Shown: in pieces, positions 20,431-30,249 of the stretch
Layout: every line of letters begins with the position of its first letter
How positions within the stretch are numbered: position 1 is the first letter of the stretch
From: Kiritimatiellia bacterium
GTDB taxonomy: Bacteria > Verrucomicrobiota > Kiritimatiellia > RFP12 > JBMNHG01
DNA length: 64,000 bases
Assembly: GCA_050950285.1 (NCBI GenBank)
Contig: JBMNHG010000011.1
Coordinates: 124,001-188,000, forward strand
Direction of reading: 5' to 3'
The notes under the pieces: generated by a model
Databases searched by the model: none
What the model was told of the DNA's origin: nothing
Seen by the model: the letters and a program-made list of their open reading frames with translations, nothing else
Program-made: the position numbers and the translations under genes

Positions 20431-21543
20431 TCACGACAATCCGTTGTCGCCTTCAATCGGGCGCAACCTCCAATTGGCTTGCTGATCCCAGCCCGCATGC
20501 CTCCTCAACGGGCTGTTCTCGGACGCACGGATGACAAAGCTCAACTCTCCAACTCTTTGGAACAATGCTCTTTTCAGGGAGCGGCCCATCTCTTCATCAT
20601 CCGTACAAACCTCCACGACATCCACTCCGTCACGTTTCATTTGCATGACAGCCATCAGAGCCAATGTTGACGGAGTGATTTGATTCGGTTCGGCAGACTG
20701 CCATTCCATCAGCGAGCCTAACGTCAGATTTTTATAGCCATGATGCGACGCTGTTTCATGGAATCGGACTTTATACATGAAAAACCCGACAACATCCTGT
20801 TGCCCGTCCTTGACGACAAAAAGTTTCTGTCGGCCACTCGGGTCTCCCGAAAATCCGCCTTTCAACTGCCAGTTTAACCACTCGACAGTGCGAACACAGG
20901 AAAAAGAATGCACGTCACGCTGAATCAGTGAGACAACTTCTTCTGTCGTGCATTCCAACTCATGAAGGGACAAGCCACGCGTTCGAAATGCCATTATTGA
21001 TTTCAACACCCACGTCCACGCCCACAAGCCACCATCAATCAACCAGGACAAACACTTGCTCGCGAATGACGCACCGAGGCGTTGTTCAACCACTGAGCGA
21101 CTTTTGAAAAGCCACACGAAACGCGGCATCGGGAAACAGACATATTCCAGCATACGATGCAACGGTAATGCCATCTGTGAAAGACCGCACCCCAATGCGA
21201 CACCGTTCTCTGATAACGTCTCGCGCACCTCGACAAGATCAATGCCCAACATCGTTTTCCGGTGTTCTTCATGCACAAAAAGACCGGAACCGGCAAAAGC
21301 CAAATATACGGCACCATGCGCCTGAACTCGAAGGGGGAAAACGATCTCCTGTCCGACCACCTTTTTATCAACGAGACCCAGCACTTGAACAGGGACATCC
21401 GATGACATTTTTTCGGGATTAGACTCAAGTGCGCGAGTCCTCGATGCCGTAAACTCGCACAGGCCATACCGGTCAATCAGCCCGAGCTGAGCAACAGAAC
21501 GGCTGAGCGTAGACAAAGGACGAACAAACAACCGCTCACTCAT
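20431..21543 (-). CDS. Hypothetical protein, possibly GNAT-like acyltransferase
   Basis: ATGA overlap with the SDR gene; C-terminal [10 protein letters not shown]...VVGFFMY pattern is reminiscent of GNAT-fold proteins; no firm motif. Confidence 0.5.
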   Translation of the reverse strand: MSERLFVRPLSTLSRSVAQLGLIDRYGLCEFTASRTRALESNPEKMSSDVPVQVLGLVDKKVVGQEIVFPLRVQAHGAVYLAFAGSGLFVHEEHRKTMLGIDLVEVRETLSENGVALGCGLSQMALPLHRMLEYVCFPMPRFVWLFKSRSVVEQRLGASFASKCLSWLIDGGLWAWTWVLKSIMAFRTRGLSLHELECTTEEVVSLIQRDVHSFSCVRTVEWLNWQLKGGFSGDPSGRQKLFVVKDGQQDVVGFFMYKVRFHETASHHGYKNLTLGSLMEWQSAEPNQITPSTLALMAVMQMKRDGVDVVEVCTDDEEMGRSLKRALFQRVGELSFVIRASENSPLRRHAGWDQQANWRLRPIEGDNGLS

Positions 21544-22292
21544 TGGGCTAGATATCCGCCGTCCACCACTAGGTGCGTACCCGTGATGAACCGTGAAGCA
21601 TCACTTAGAAGAAAAGCCACGGCGTTAGCAACATCCAAAGGCTCTCCAATCCCCAATGGCTGCTTCGCAAGAATCGCGGCTTTCGCCGCTTCTCCCCCGA
21701 CCGAAAGCATCTCCTCCAGCATAGGAGTCATTATGTTAGAGGGGAGCACACTGTTCACACGGATCTTTTTAGATACCAACTCCACTGCCAATGAACGCAC
21801 CGTTGCATCCAGAGCCCCCTTGGTGCCGCAATAGAGGCTTCCGCCGGCCCAGCCCGACAGCGACGCAACCGAGGAAACAGCGACCAAACTTCCACCCTCC
21901 GAGTATTTTCTCTTGGAGAACTGTTTGGCCAGTTCAATAAATGCAAAAACGTTAATCTCAAAGGCCTGTCTCACGATATCATGTGAAAGAGCCTGCAAGG
22001 GGAAAGCGGGACATAACCCCGCCGCATGAACCAAACCATGTAGTTTCGATCCTTCCGTGCCCTGCTTAAAAAGGGCGTCGTAGTGATCTGTGTCGGAGAG
22101 ATCAAACGGCAGGACAACATGTCCCGAACCGCATAACATTTGCTGAGTCTCTTGAAGTCTTGTCGTATCACGGGCAACAAGCACAACCGACGCACCCAAC
22201 TGGCTGATCAAGACGGCACATGCCCGCCCGATCCCTGAAGAGGCTCCCGTCACCAGAATTCGTCTTCCGGTTAAGTCCAATGGGTTCACCAT
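21540..22292 (-). CDS. Short-chain dehydrogenase/reductase, FabG-like 3-oxoacyl-ACP reductase
   Basis: [31 protein letters not shown]. Confidence 0.88.
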   Translation of the reverse strand: MVNPLDLTGRRILVTGASSGIGRACAVLISQLGASVVLVARDTTRLQETQQMLCGSGHVVLPFDLSDTDHYDALFKQGTEGSKLHGLVHAAGLCPAFPLQALSHDIVRQAFEINVFAFIELAKQFSKRKYSEGGSLVAVSSVASLSGWAGGSLYCGTKGALDATVRSLAVELVSKKIRVNSVLPSNIMTPMLEEMLSVGGEAAKAAILAKQPLGIGEPLDVANAVAFLLSDASRFITGTHLVVDGGYLAQ

Positions 22293-22296
22293 CGCT

Positions 22297-22512
22297 TCAC
22301 TCCATTGCGGCCACGATGTCTGCAACCGTCTTCATGCTTCTGAGCTGAGCTCCGGCCAGTTTCTTGCCAAACCGTTCGTTGACGAGTGCGATCAAAGACA
22401 GCATCGCCATGGAGTCCCAAGGCAATGAGTCCAAAGCCATATCAAGTTGGATGGTTCCCTCATCCACATCGAACATCTCTTCCAGCAAACTGATTTTCTC
22501 TTCGTTTGTCAT
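22297..22512 (-). CDS. Acyl carrier protein
   Basis: 71 aa, acidic, WDSM phosphopantetheine site, TVADI tail; RBS GAGGAG. Confidence 0.85.
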   Translation of the reverse strand: MTNEEKISLLEEMFDVDEGTIQLDMALDSLPWDSMAMLSLIALVNERFGKKLAGAQLRSMKTVADIVAAME

Positions 22513-22587
22513 AATAGGTGACTCCTCATTGTTGTGTACTCCCTAATCCCCCAAAGACATTTGGGAGATTTTTGAGTGTTGAAACTT

Positions 22588-23598
22588 CTACACGTTTACG
22601 ATAACCGCGCCCCACGAGAGGCCAACACCAAAGCCCACCAGCATCACCTTCATCCCAGGGCGAAGCACTCTGTCCGCTCGGGCATGTGCCAAAGCGATTG
22701 GTATGGATGCGCAAACCGTGTTACCGCAATCCTCAAAGTTCATGTAGAACTTTTCTTCTGGGATTTTGCACTTTTTCCGCAGGAAATCGAGCATATACTT
22801 GTTGGCCTGATGGAAAACAAAGAGGTCGACCTCTTCCAGCGTTACCCCGTTCTTCGCCAACGTCTCCTTTACGGTCTGCGGTACCGTAGAGATCGTGAAA
22901 CTGAAAATCTCCGCGCCGTCCATAAACACGTTGTCTTGCGACCGCGTGTTTCCAGACTCATCAGTGTACTCCAACGCCGTTGTTTCAGACGGTTTAAGGC
23001 GCATTCCGCCGGCTGGAACGATCAGTTTGTCATAGCCACTCCCGTCGGTGCCTAGCACGAAATTACCGATCCCTTCAGTCGCAGCCGCTGAAACCAGCGT
23101 TGCAGCCGCGCCGTCACCGAAAATAGTCCTGACGCTTTTATCCATCGGATGAATATGCTTGGTGTACGTTTCAGCCGTTACAAGAAGCACGTTCCGAGCG
23201 ATTTCAGCCGCGATCAAGCCCTTGCACAGCGACAGCCCATAAATAAACCCCGAGCAGCCCAAGTTGACATCCAGCGCGCCAGCATGCGTCGGAAGTCCCA
23301 AACGGTGTTGTAGCATACATGCGGTTGTCGGCAAAAAATAATCGGGCGACTGCGTGACTAAGATAATGAAATCAACGGTTGTCGGATCAACGCCATGTCC
23401 AGCCAATAGTTTTTTGGCTGCCAGCTCCGCCAGATCACCTGCCGTTTCACTTTCGGCGCAGACTCTACGTTCTCGGATGCCGGTTTTTTCAAAGATTTTT
23501 TCTGCGGTCCAGCCTGGATAGATTTCAGCCAACGTCGAGTTCGGCAACCGAATTTCCGGCAGATAGACGGCAATGTTAACAATTCGACTGTTCGTCAT
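22588..23598 (-). CDS. 3-oxoacyl-ACP synthase III (FabH-like)
   Basis: Catalytic triad in NLGCSGF, FHQAN, GNTV; GFGVGLSWG. Confidence 0.9.
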   Translation of the reverse strand: MTNSRIVNIAVYLPEIRLPNSTLAEIYPGWTAEKIFEKTGIRERRVCAESETAGDLAELAAKKLLAGHGVDPTTVDFIILVTQSPDYFLPTTACMLQHRLGLPTHAGALDVNLGCSGFIYGLSLCKGLIAAEIARNVLLVTAETYTKHIHPMDKSVRTIFGDGAAATLVSAAATEGIGNFVLGTDGSGYDKLIVPAGGMRLKPSETTALEYTDESGNTRSQDNVFMDGAEIFSFTISTVPQTVKETLAKNGVTLEEVDLFVFHQANKYMLDFLRKKCKIPEEKFYMNFEDCGNTVCASIPIALAHARADRVLRPGMKVMLVGFGVGLSWGAVIVNV

Positions 23599-23624
23599 CT
23601 TTTTTCCCGAGTTGTCATTCTGCG

Positions 23625-24407
23625 TTAATTAACATCGTGATAGGACACCAGTCGAACCTGCGCCTGCTCCAACACGCTCCTCCCGTGTTCTAGAACAAAG
23701 GAAGTGTCCAGCTCTCGCCACGGCTCATCAACACCGGGATGAATACCGATCTCAGTGATGCCATCCGGCAGATTCTGGGTAGCGTCGCGGAACCACTCCG
23801 ACTGGTTCGGACCGACTTTCCCGCTCGTCATCAAAAAATGATCCGGCGTTTTAAAGTGTTGCTTGAGCGTGCGGTTGGCAAATCGATTGAGCCATTGTCC
23901 GACAGGCACACGCGGAGTGGAGAAGTACACGTCTTGCGCGGGACGCAGCCGATGGATCTTCAATTCTTCCGACAGGCGGATAAGGGATTTCAGGACAAAC
24001 GGCATACGGTGCATGTGGCCGTGCCCATCAAGGTGCGACATGTCCAATCCATATTCACGAAAACGCTGAACTTGAACACGGATTTCCTTTTCCAAGTCTG
24101 CCCTCTTGATCAAGCCAAGTGCTGATCGAAGCATAAACATCCGTGTCGGCCAAAGCAAACCATGGGGCGTCACCATGGTAGGAATGGTTTCAGGCGCACT
24201 GATCGGCCGTTCATCCGACAAAACCAGATGAAGTCCGTAGCTCCATTGGTTGTTTGCTTTCGCAAAAGACACCGCTTTTTCGACGGCATCAGCACCCACC
24301 ATGATCGTGGCACTTGACAAAACTCCGGCCTCAAAGCATTGAACCGTCCAATGGACAGTATGTTCTGAGTAGCCAAAGTCATCGGCATTGATAATAACTG
24401 CCCTCAC
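23625..24407 (-). CDS. YdjC/ChbG-family carbohydrate deacetylase
   Basis: IINADDFG, GLHLVL, HLDGHGHMH, EIGIHPG. Confidence 0.85.
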   Translation of the reverse strand: MRAVIINADDFGYSEHTVHWTVQCFEAGVLSSATIMVGADAVEKAVSFAKANNQWSYGLHLVLSDERPISAPETIPTMVTPHGLLWPTRMFMLRSALGLIKRADLEKEIRVQVQRFREYGLDMSHLDGHGHMHRMPFVLKSLIRLSEELKIHRLRPAQDVYFSTPRVPVGQWLNRFANRTLKQHFKTPDHFLMTSGKVGPNQSEWFRDATQNLPDGITEIGIHPGVDEPWRELDTSFVLEHGRSVLEQAQVRLVSYHDVN

Positions 24408-24961
24408 GGCTGTTGTTCCTTCAACTCACGTCTTTTGATAACCCCAGCAGGATTACCGGCAACGACTGTCCACGGCTCAACATTTTTGGTGACCACCGCG
24501 CAGGCTCCAACCACTGCTCCTTCGCCGATTGTCACTCCGGGACCGACAAACGCTTGCGCGGCTATCCAAGAAAAATCCTGGATAACAATCGGTGCAAAGG
24601 TTAACGGACGATTGACATCCGAGATGTCGTGCGAGGCCGTACACAAAAAGGAACGTTGGCTCACAGAAACTTTGTTCCCTAATTTTATAGGGGCTACCGT
24701 GTAACAGTCCACATTGGATGCCAGACAGACATAATCACCCATCTCCAGATTCCAAGGTGCCCAAATCTTGCAACTGGGATATATCGAGCATCCCCGCCCA
24801 GCCTTGGCACCAAAACATTTCAACAAGAACAGCCGCCAACGACGAAAGCCCCAACTTGGAGTTGGCCTAAAAAAGGAAATCCAAACGACATTCCATAAAA
24901 GCCTGAGCAGCCGCTCTCTGACAGGCAGTCGATTCGTATAAGGCTGTATTTGCTCGCGCAT
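24404..24961 (-). CDS. WcaF-like hexapeptide-repeat O-acetyltransferase
   Basis: KIWAPWNLEMG, LCTASHD, VGPGVTIGEGAVVGA, GNPA. Confidence 0.88.
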   Translation of the reverse strand: MREQIQPYTNRLPVRERLLRLLWNVVWISFFRPTPSWGFRRWRLFLLKCFGAKAGRGCSIYPSCKIWAPWNLEMGDYVCLASNVDCYTVAPIKLGNKVSVSQRSFLCTASHDISDVNRPLTFAPIVIQDFSWIAAQAFVGPGVTIGEGAVVGACAVVTKNVEPWTVVAGNPAGVIKRRELKEQQP

Positions 24962-24971
24962 GGGAAAACCA

Positions 24972-26141
24972 TCATTGAAAACGCCGCAGTAACGGCCATA
25001 GAAGTCTTTTCAGTATCCATTCTGCTTTTTTCCGCATGATGGACAATGGCTTATAATATTCACTGGAGGCAAGTTCGAAGTTTTTATGTTGCTTGTAGTT
25101 TGAAAAGAAGGCCTCTCGTCGACCCGATTCAATCGATGGCGCGTGCAATGTGTGATTCCGCTTCCGTGCCAATTCAAAATCATAGTCATGACAAACCAAT
25201 CGGTCGGCAGCCTGAGCCATCATCTTGTGGCCTTTTTCCGTATTCACCAGCAAAAGCGACGTGCCTTGATTGTCGTCATACTGCGGGTGGCTTGCCGCAA
25301 CCCGCCAACAATCGCCCAACGTGATATCGCTTGCACGCTCTCCGATGGCAAAAGGACAGCGGTAGCAACTCGGCCTTAAAAACACATTCAACGAGAATCC
25401 ACAAAAGAAAGAATCCGCCCATGGGATAAAACGCCGAACAACGCCATTTTCAAAAGAGAGGACGACTTGGGGGAAATTCCAGCCGTGACGTTTCTCCCTA
25501 AATCCGTACGACACCACCTTGCAGTTGTTTTTTTGCTCGGCTTCTTCCAAATACGACCGAAACACCTCCGGAGACGGTACGCCATGGCACACGATGTCGC
25601 ATGTCTTCAAATGATCCGGATCCCCCGTCAGGAGGCGCAGGGATGCCACTTGACACGGCGTTCCCGAGAACAAGACCGTTTGGCCTTGACCCAGCAATTT
25701 CACGATCTCTGCGAAGCAAGTCTGCGTTTGGCTTTGCACGTATTTCGAGCCGCGAAAGGCTTCGGCTTCCTGCCAGGAACCGGCAATCCGGTGCTCGACA
25801 TGTTTGAAGTCATCGGTAAAGGCAGCCCCGGCCACCAGCCCTTTTCCCGCAAACGCGACATCCGCCAATGCGCTGAACACCCCCCCCGACGTACTCGCGG
25901 CACGGATGCCGGAATCGGTGTGCCATGCCGCATGCGTTTGCTGTACTTCGTGCAGACAGGGCTCATTCTGCATTCCGCAGACTTGCAGACAACGCCCGCA
26001 ATCCGTGCAGCTCGCCTCGTCGATAACGGGATAATCGAATCCCTCCTCGTCCGGAACCAGGCGGATGCAGGACTGCGGACAGGCCACGGCACAAGCCCCG
26101 CAGCCGCAACACCTGTATTTGTCTGTTGCATCAATTCTCAT
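24972..26141 (-). CDS. FrhB/coenzyme F420 hydrogenase beta-subunit-like Fe-S oxidoreductase
   Basis: Two CxxCxxCxxxC ferredoxin motifs, STSGG, GSKYVQS, GTPCQ, DIVCHGVPS, LRPSCYRC, SDITLGD. Confidence 0.88.
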   Translation of the reverse strand: MRIDATDKYRCCGCGACAVACPQSCIRLVPDEEGFDYPVIDEASCTDCGRCLQVCGMQNEPCLHEVQQTHAAWHTDSGIRAASTSGGVFSALADVAFAGKGLVAGAAFTDDFKHVEHRIAGSWQEAEAFRGSKYVQSQTQTCFAEIVKLLGQGQTVLFSGTPCQVASLRLLTGDPDHLKTCDIVCHGVPSPEVFRSYLEEAEQKNNCKVVSYGFREKRHGWNFPQVVLSFENGVVRRFIPWADSFFCGFSLNVFLRPSCYRCPFAIGERASDITLGDCWRVAASHPQYDDNQGTSLLLVNTEKGHKMMAQAADRLVCHDYDFELARKRNHTLHAPSIESGRREAFFSNYKQHKNFELASSEYYKPLSIMRKKAEWILKRLLWPLLRRFQ

Positions 26142-27286
26142 TGGCTGCAGACCTGCTCAAGATAGTTGACCGACTTGTCGCGTTCCCGCTCAAGCCGTCC
26201 CAGGACGGTGTCATAATCAATCTCTGCCAGCCGCGTCATATCCACATTCAAATTTTCGTAGATAATGCGCTCAGATAATCCGACGGTCTCCAGTAGGCTT
26301 TCATTTCGTCCTGCATTGCGCATGCGGGGCGAGATCACCGGGTAAAACGGTTTTCTGAAATTGATTGAAAAGGCTGTGCCATGCAAAGAATTCGTGACGA
26401 CGGCCGATGCCCCTTGAAACAACCCGAGAAATTCAGAAGGCCCGGCATCATCAACATCGAGAATGTCAGGCTGCGATCTGAACCCAACCCCTCGCTGGTT
26501 CCGGATGCGAACTATGTGCGCACCCCTGATCTGAGATGCCACGTATCGCGCGACAACAGCGAGTTTGCTATGGGGAACCAAATCATAGATCAACACATAG
26601 GGTGTCGGCAGATCAACGGCCACCGCCACGTCCGACCATTCGACGTCGGTCAAGAGCAGCGTGGGATCCAAAACGTGCTCCGGGGAGCACCCGAGTAAAT
26701 CATGAACAATTTTCACGCCCTGCGCTTCTCGTACCGACAACCTTTCAAAAGCAGACAAACGTTCTTTGTAAACGCGTTTCGTATGATCCGGCAACGTGGG
26801 AACCCCGAAGCTCGACGCATAGGATACACGCGGTTTGCCAGAGGGAGCAAACGTCAGAAAGTAGGGATCAAGCGAACTGTTCATCCGCGGGTTCCAGACC
26901 TGGTCGCTGCCCGTAATAAACAGATCGTATGGCCAATCGGCAGCGTACAAGGCTTCCATGCTGTTGTAGCAGACCTCGGACAAGCGGGAGTGCGTTCGAT
27001 GGAAAGCATCCATTCTTTCTTGTTTGCGCTTTATGTCCTCGCCGATCGAGATGCTTTGGAGTGCGGTCCAAAACGGATAAACCCGTTCTTTCACCCTGTT
27101 TTTAAACCCCATATCGAATATCGGCCTGGATTGCCGGCTTGCGACATGGCTCGGGTGCTTGTAAAACGGGTAGTCGATCAGCTCGCTGTCGTGCCCCATC
27201 AACGACAACTTCTTCTGAAGGGCGAAAGCCTGCAGCTCAGCGCCATAACTGTTGGCCTTGAAAATTGTGATGATGCCTATTTTCAA
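26138..27286 (-). CDS. Polysaccharide pyruvyltransferase family protein
   Basis: TTG start; YGAELQAFAL, GSDQVWN, SYASSFG, SVRE, DPTLLL, TNSLHGTAFS. Confidence 0.9.
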   Translation of the reverse strand: MKIGIITIFKANSYGAELQAFALQKKLSLMGHDSELIDYPFYKHPSHVASRQSRPIFDMGFKNRVKERVYPFWTALQSISIGEDIKRKQERMDAFHRTHSRLSEVCYNSMEALYAADWPYDLFITGSDQVWNPRMNSSLDPYFLTFAPSGKPRVSYASSFGVPTLPDHTKRVYKERLSAFERLSVREAQGVKIVHDLLGCSPEHVLDPTLLLTDVEWSDVAVAVDLPTPYVLIYDLVPHSKLAVVARYVASQIRGAHIVRIRNQRGVGFRSQPDILDVDDAGPSEFLGLFQGASAVVTNSLHGTAFSINFRKPFYPVISPRMRNAGRNESLLETVGLSERIIYENLNVDMTRLAEIDYDTVLGRLERERDKSVNYLEQVCSQ

Positions 27287-27392
27287 GTTATGACTCCGAG
27301 AAACAACTGCCTGGGGATGAGCGATGCCTGTTCGTTGAAGTTGATGGTCGGCCAGGATACCATGCCTTCCGAGGTTCTTGCAAAACAAAGCC

Positions 27393-27484
27393 GGACGACA
27401 CGGAGGTCGTCCCTCCCTCCAGCCCGCCGGGGACGGCGGTCCCCAGCCAGGGGCGGATCTGGAGGGTCGGGCTCTGTCCCGACC
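27393..27484. repeat. Inverted pair of REP-like hairpins with a central hairpin
   Basis: GGACGAC-ACGGAG-GTCGTCC-CTCC (27393-27416) and inverted GGAG-GGTCGGG-CTCTGT-CCCGACC (27461-27484); GGGGAC-GGCG-GTCCCC between them. Confidence 0.6.
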
Positions 27485-27702
27485 GGTTTACGCAAGGGAT
27501 TTTGCAAGCGCCTCTTCCGTCATGGTTGCCAACGCTTCCGCCACTGCCACGCCGCGATGGCGGAAATACGCAGGCAGTATAAAGAAAATCGTTTCATTGT
27601 AAAGACGATCTTTTGTTTCGCGAAGCCTCCAGCTCCAGGCCCATCGTCTTTCGGGATCCGTCTTGCCAGCGGCGTCCCTTGTGGGATATCCTTGGTTCCA
27701 CC

Positions 27703-28740
27703 ATGTCCCAGCCGCAGACTTCCTTTACCTACAAGCTCACGCCGGACCAGCGGAAGAAGCTCTTCGACCTTCTTTCGACGGGGAATTTCCGTCCGGTTTC
27801 CGTGCCGTATACCGATATCGCCGTGGAGGCGGAAGACTGCCGCGTGAACCTCTACACGAGCGGGAAGTGCCTCGTGCAGGGGAAGGGTGCCGAGGAGTTC
27901 GTGCTTTTCTACCTCGAGCCGAATGTGCTCCAGTCCGCCCGGCGCGGGTACGAGACCGTGCTGAACCCCGAGGGCGTCGCCGCGCACATGGGCATAGACG
28001 AGAGCGGCAAGGGCGATTTCTTCGGGCCGCTCGTGGTCGCTGCCGCCTACACCGACCCTGAGCTTTCGGAGAAGATGAAGGAATTGGGCACGAGGGATTG
28101 CAAGCAGATGGGCGATGCGCAGGTGCTCGCCGTGGGGGCGCGTCTCCGTGCGCTCCTCGGGCCTCGGCGCCATGCGCTCGTCGTGATCGGCCCCCAGGCC
28201 TACAACCGCCTTTACGCGAAGATCCGGAATGTGAACCGCCTGCTTGCCTGGGGCCATGCCCGGTGCATCGAGAACCTTCTTGCCGGCGTTCCGGACTGTC
28301 CCCGCGCCGTGGCCGACCAGTTTGCGGCGGAGCACCTCATCCGGCGTTCGCTCATGGAGAAGGGGCGTACCATCAAGCTGGAACAGCACCACAAGGCCGA
28401 ATCGGACATCGCGGTGGCTGCGGCGTCGATCCTTGCCCGCGAGAGCTTCCTTCGGGCGCTCGACCGCATGAGGGCCGAATTCGGCGTGCCGATTCCGAAG
28501 GGCTCCTCCGCGCCTTCCGTGCGGGAGACCGCCATTGAAATCGCCCGTCGGCACGGTCCGGAAATCCTTCTGAAATGCGTGAAGTGCCACTTCCGCACCA
28601 CCGATGCCGTGCTTGCCGCCCTTGGCCACGATCGTTCCATTCTCGGTCCCGAGGGTGCGCCCGGCATTTCTGCCAATGCTTCGCGCGATTCCTTCCGCAA
28701 GCCCACCCGTCGTCCGGACGATTCCGCGCCCCAGGCCTAG
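27703..28740 (+). CDS. rnhC: Ribonuclease HIII
   Basis: N-terminal YTSGKCLVQGK domain, GIDESGKGDFFGPLVV, DQF, KAE..IAVAAASILAR. Confidence 0.9.
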   Translation: MSQPQTSFTYKLTPDQRKKLFDLLSTGNFRPVSVPYTDIAVEAEDCRVNLYTSGKCLVQGKGAEEFVLFYLEPNVLQSARRGYETVLNPEGVAAHMGIDESGKGDFFGPLVVAAAYTDPELSEKMKELGTRDCKQMGDAQVLAVGARLRALLGPRRHALVVIGPQAYNRLYAKIRNVNRLLAWGHARCIENLLAGVPDCPRAVADQFAAEHLIRRSLMEKGRTIKLEQHHKAESDIAVAAASILARESFLRALDRMRAEFGVPIPKGSSAPSVRETAIEIARRHGPEILLKCVKCHFRTTDAVLAALGHDRSILGPEGAPGISANASRDSFRKPTRRPDDSAPQA

Positions 28741-28752
28741 TCCCTCCCGCCC

Positions 28753-30249
28753 ATGTCCGTCTCTCCCGTCATCCACACCGTCACGCAGGTCACCGCCCTC
28801 GTCAAGGGCGCGATCGAGGATGCCTGCGGGTCGCTCTGGGTGGAAGGCGAGGTCTCCGGCGTGAAGACCTATGCCTCGGGGCATACCTACTTCTCCCTCA
28901 AGGACGAGGGCGCCCAGCTGAAGGCGGTGCTCTTCGCCCATGCCGCGAAAGCGGGAGGGAACGTCGTTCCGCGGGACGGCGAGAAGGTCCATGCGTTCGG
29001 CCGCATGACGGTGTACGAGCAGCGGGGCGACTACCAGATGATCGTCCAGCGGATCCAGCTCGCCGGGGTGGGCGATCTCATGCGGCGCTACGAGGAACTC
29101 AAGCGGCGCCTCGCCGCGGAAGGCCTCTTCGATGCCGGCCGCAAGCGTCCTCTTCCCTTCCTGCCGCAGCGCATCGGCGTGGTGACCTCTCCGGACGGCG
29201 CCGCGATCCGCGACGTGCTGTCGGTGATCGGCCGCCGCTTTCCGAATCTCCACATCGTGATCGCCCCGTCGCGCGTGCAGGGTGACGGGGCCGCGCAGGA
29301 GATTGCCGCGGCGATCGGCCTTCTCAACGAAGTCGGCGGCCCCGGCCGCCCCGCCGATTCGCCGTGTCCGCCGCTCGATGTGATCCTGGTGACCCGCGGG
29401 GGCGGAAGCCTCGAGGATCTCTGGTGCTTCAACGAGGAGGTCGTCGCGCATGCCATCGCGAACTCGGGGCTTCCCGTGATTTCGGCGGTGGGACACGAGA
29501 TCGACACGACGCTCGCCGATTTCGCCGCCGACCTGCGCGCCGCCACGCCCTCTGCCGCCGCCGAGATCCTGGTGGGGCGCAAGGAGGATTTCGAGAGCGG
29601 CCTGGCCGAAGCGTCCGACCGCATCCGCCGTGCCGTCACGCAGCGCATCGCCCTCCTCCGGGGGCGCGTGGACGCCGCGCGCGTCAACCGTGTTTTCAGC
29701 GAACCCCGCCACGCGGTCGAGCGCGAGGCCCAGCGGGTCGACCTGCTCTCCTCCCGCATGGAAGGCGCCTTGACCGCCCGCCTTGCGGCGTTGCACCGCC
29801 GGTTCGATGCCGCGGCTGCGGCCTTGACATCGCAGCGCGGCGCGCAGCTCCCCGCCATCCGTGCCCGCGTCGCGGAACTGGAATCGCGTTTGCGGCAGGC
29901 CGTTTTGCTCGCCAAAGAGCGGACGGCGCGCCGTGTCGCGACCGAGGCGGCGCGCCTTCAGGCGTTGAACCCTCTCGCCGTGCTCGACCGTGGCTACAGC
30001 CTGACCCGCCTCGGGGACGGCACGCTGCTGACCTCCCCGGCGCAAGCCACTCCCGGCCTGCGCCTGGTGACCCGCCTTGCAAAGGGGGAGGTCGCTTCCG
30101 TCGTGGAGGGCGCCGCCGCATCCGTCCCGCCTCCCGCCGTGTCCGGAGCGGTTCCGGCGAAGCCTCCCGCCCGGCGCCGTGCGCCTCGTGCTTCGGAAGC
30201 GGATCTCTTCCTTCCAGGGTTCGACGGCGACGCGCGAGGCACGCCGTGA
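28753..30249 (+). CDS. xseA: Exodeoxyribonuclease VII large subunit
   Basis: WVEGEVS, SGHTYFSLKD, RGGGSLEDLW.FN, SAVGHEID, ATPSAAAE, LDRGYS. Confidence 0.93.
   Translation: MSVSPVIHTVTQVTALVKGAIEDACGSLWVEGEVSGVKTYASGHTYFSLKDEGAQLKAVLFAHAAKAGGNVVPRDGEKVHAFGRMTVYEQRGDYQMIVQRIQLAGVGDLMRRYEELKRRLAAEGLFDAGRKRPLPFLPQRIGVVTSPDGAAIRDVLSVIGRRFPNLHIVIAPSRVQGDGAAQEIAAAIGLLNEVGGPGRPADSPCPPLDVILVTRGGGSLEDLWCFNEEVVAHAIANSGLPVISAVGHEIDTTLADFAADLRAATPSAAAEILVGRKEDFESGLAEASDRIRRAVTQRIALLRGRVDAARVNRVFSEPRHAVEREAQRVDLLSSRMEGALTARLAALHRRFDAAAAALTSQRGAQLPAIRARVAELESRLRQAVLLAKERTARRVATEAARLQALNPLAVLDRGYSLTRLGDGTLLTSPAQATPGLRLVTRLAKGEVASVVEGAAASVPPPAVSGAVPAKPPARRRAPRASEADLFLPGFDGDARGTP

Larger units (their letters stand above)
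19483..27390 (-). other. Lower-GC horizontally acquired surface-polysaccharide modification gene cluster
   Basis: Visibly more A/T-rich than the flanks; nine co-oriented, closely packed or overlapping genes. Confidence 0.75.
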
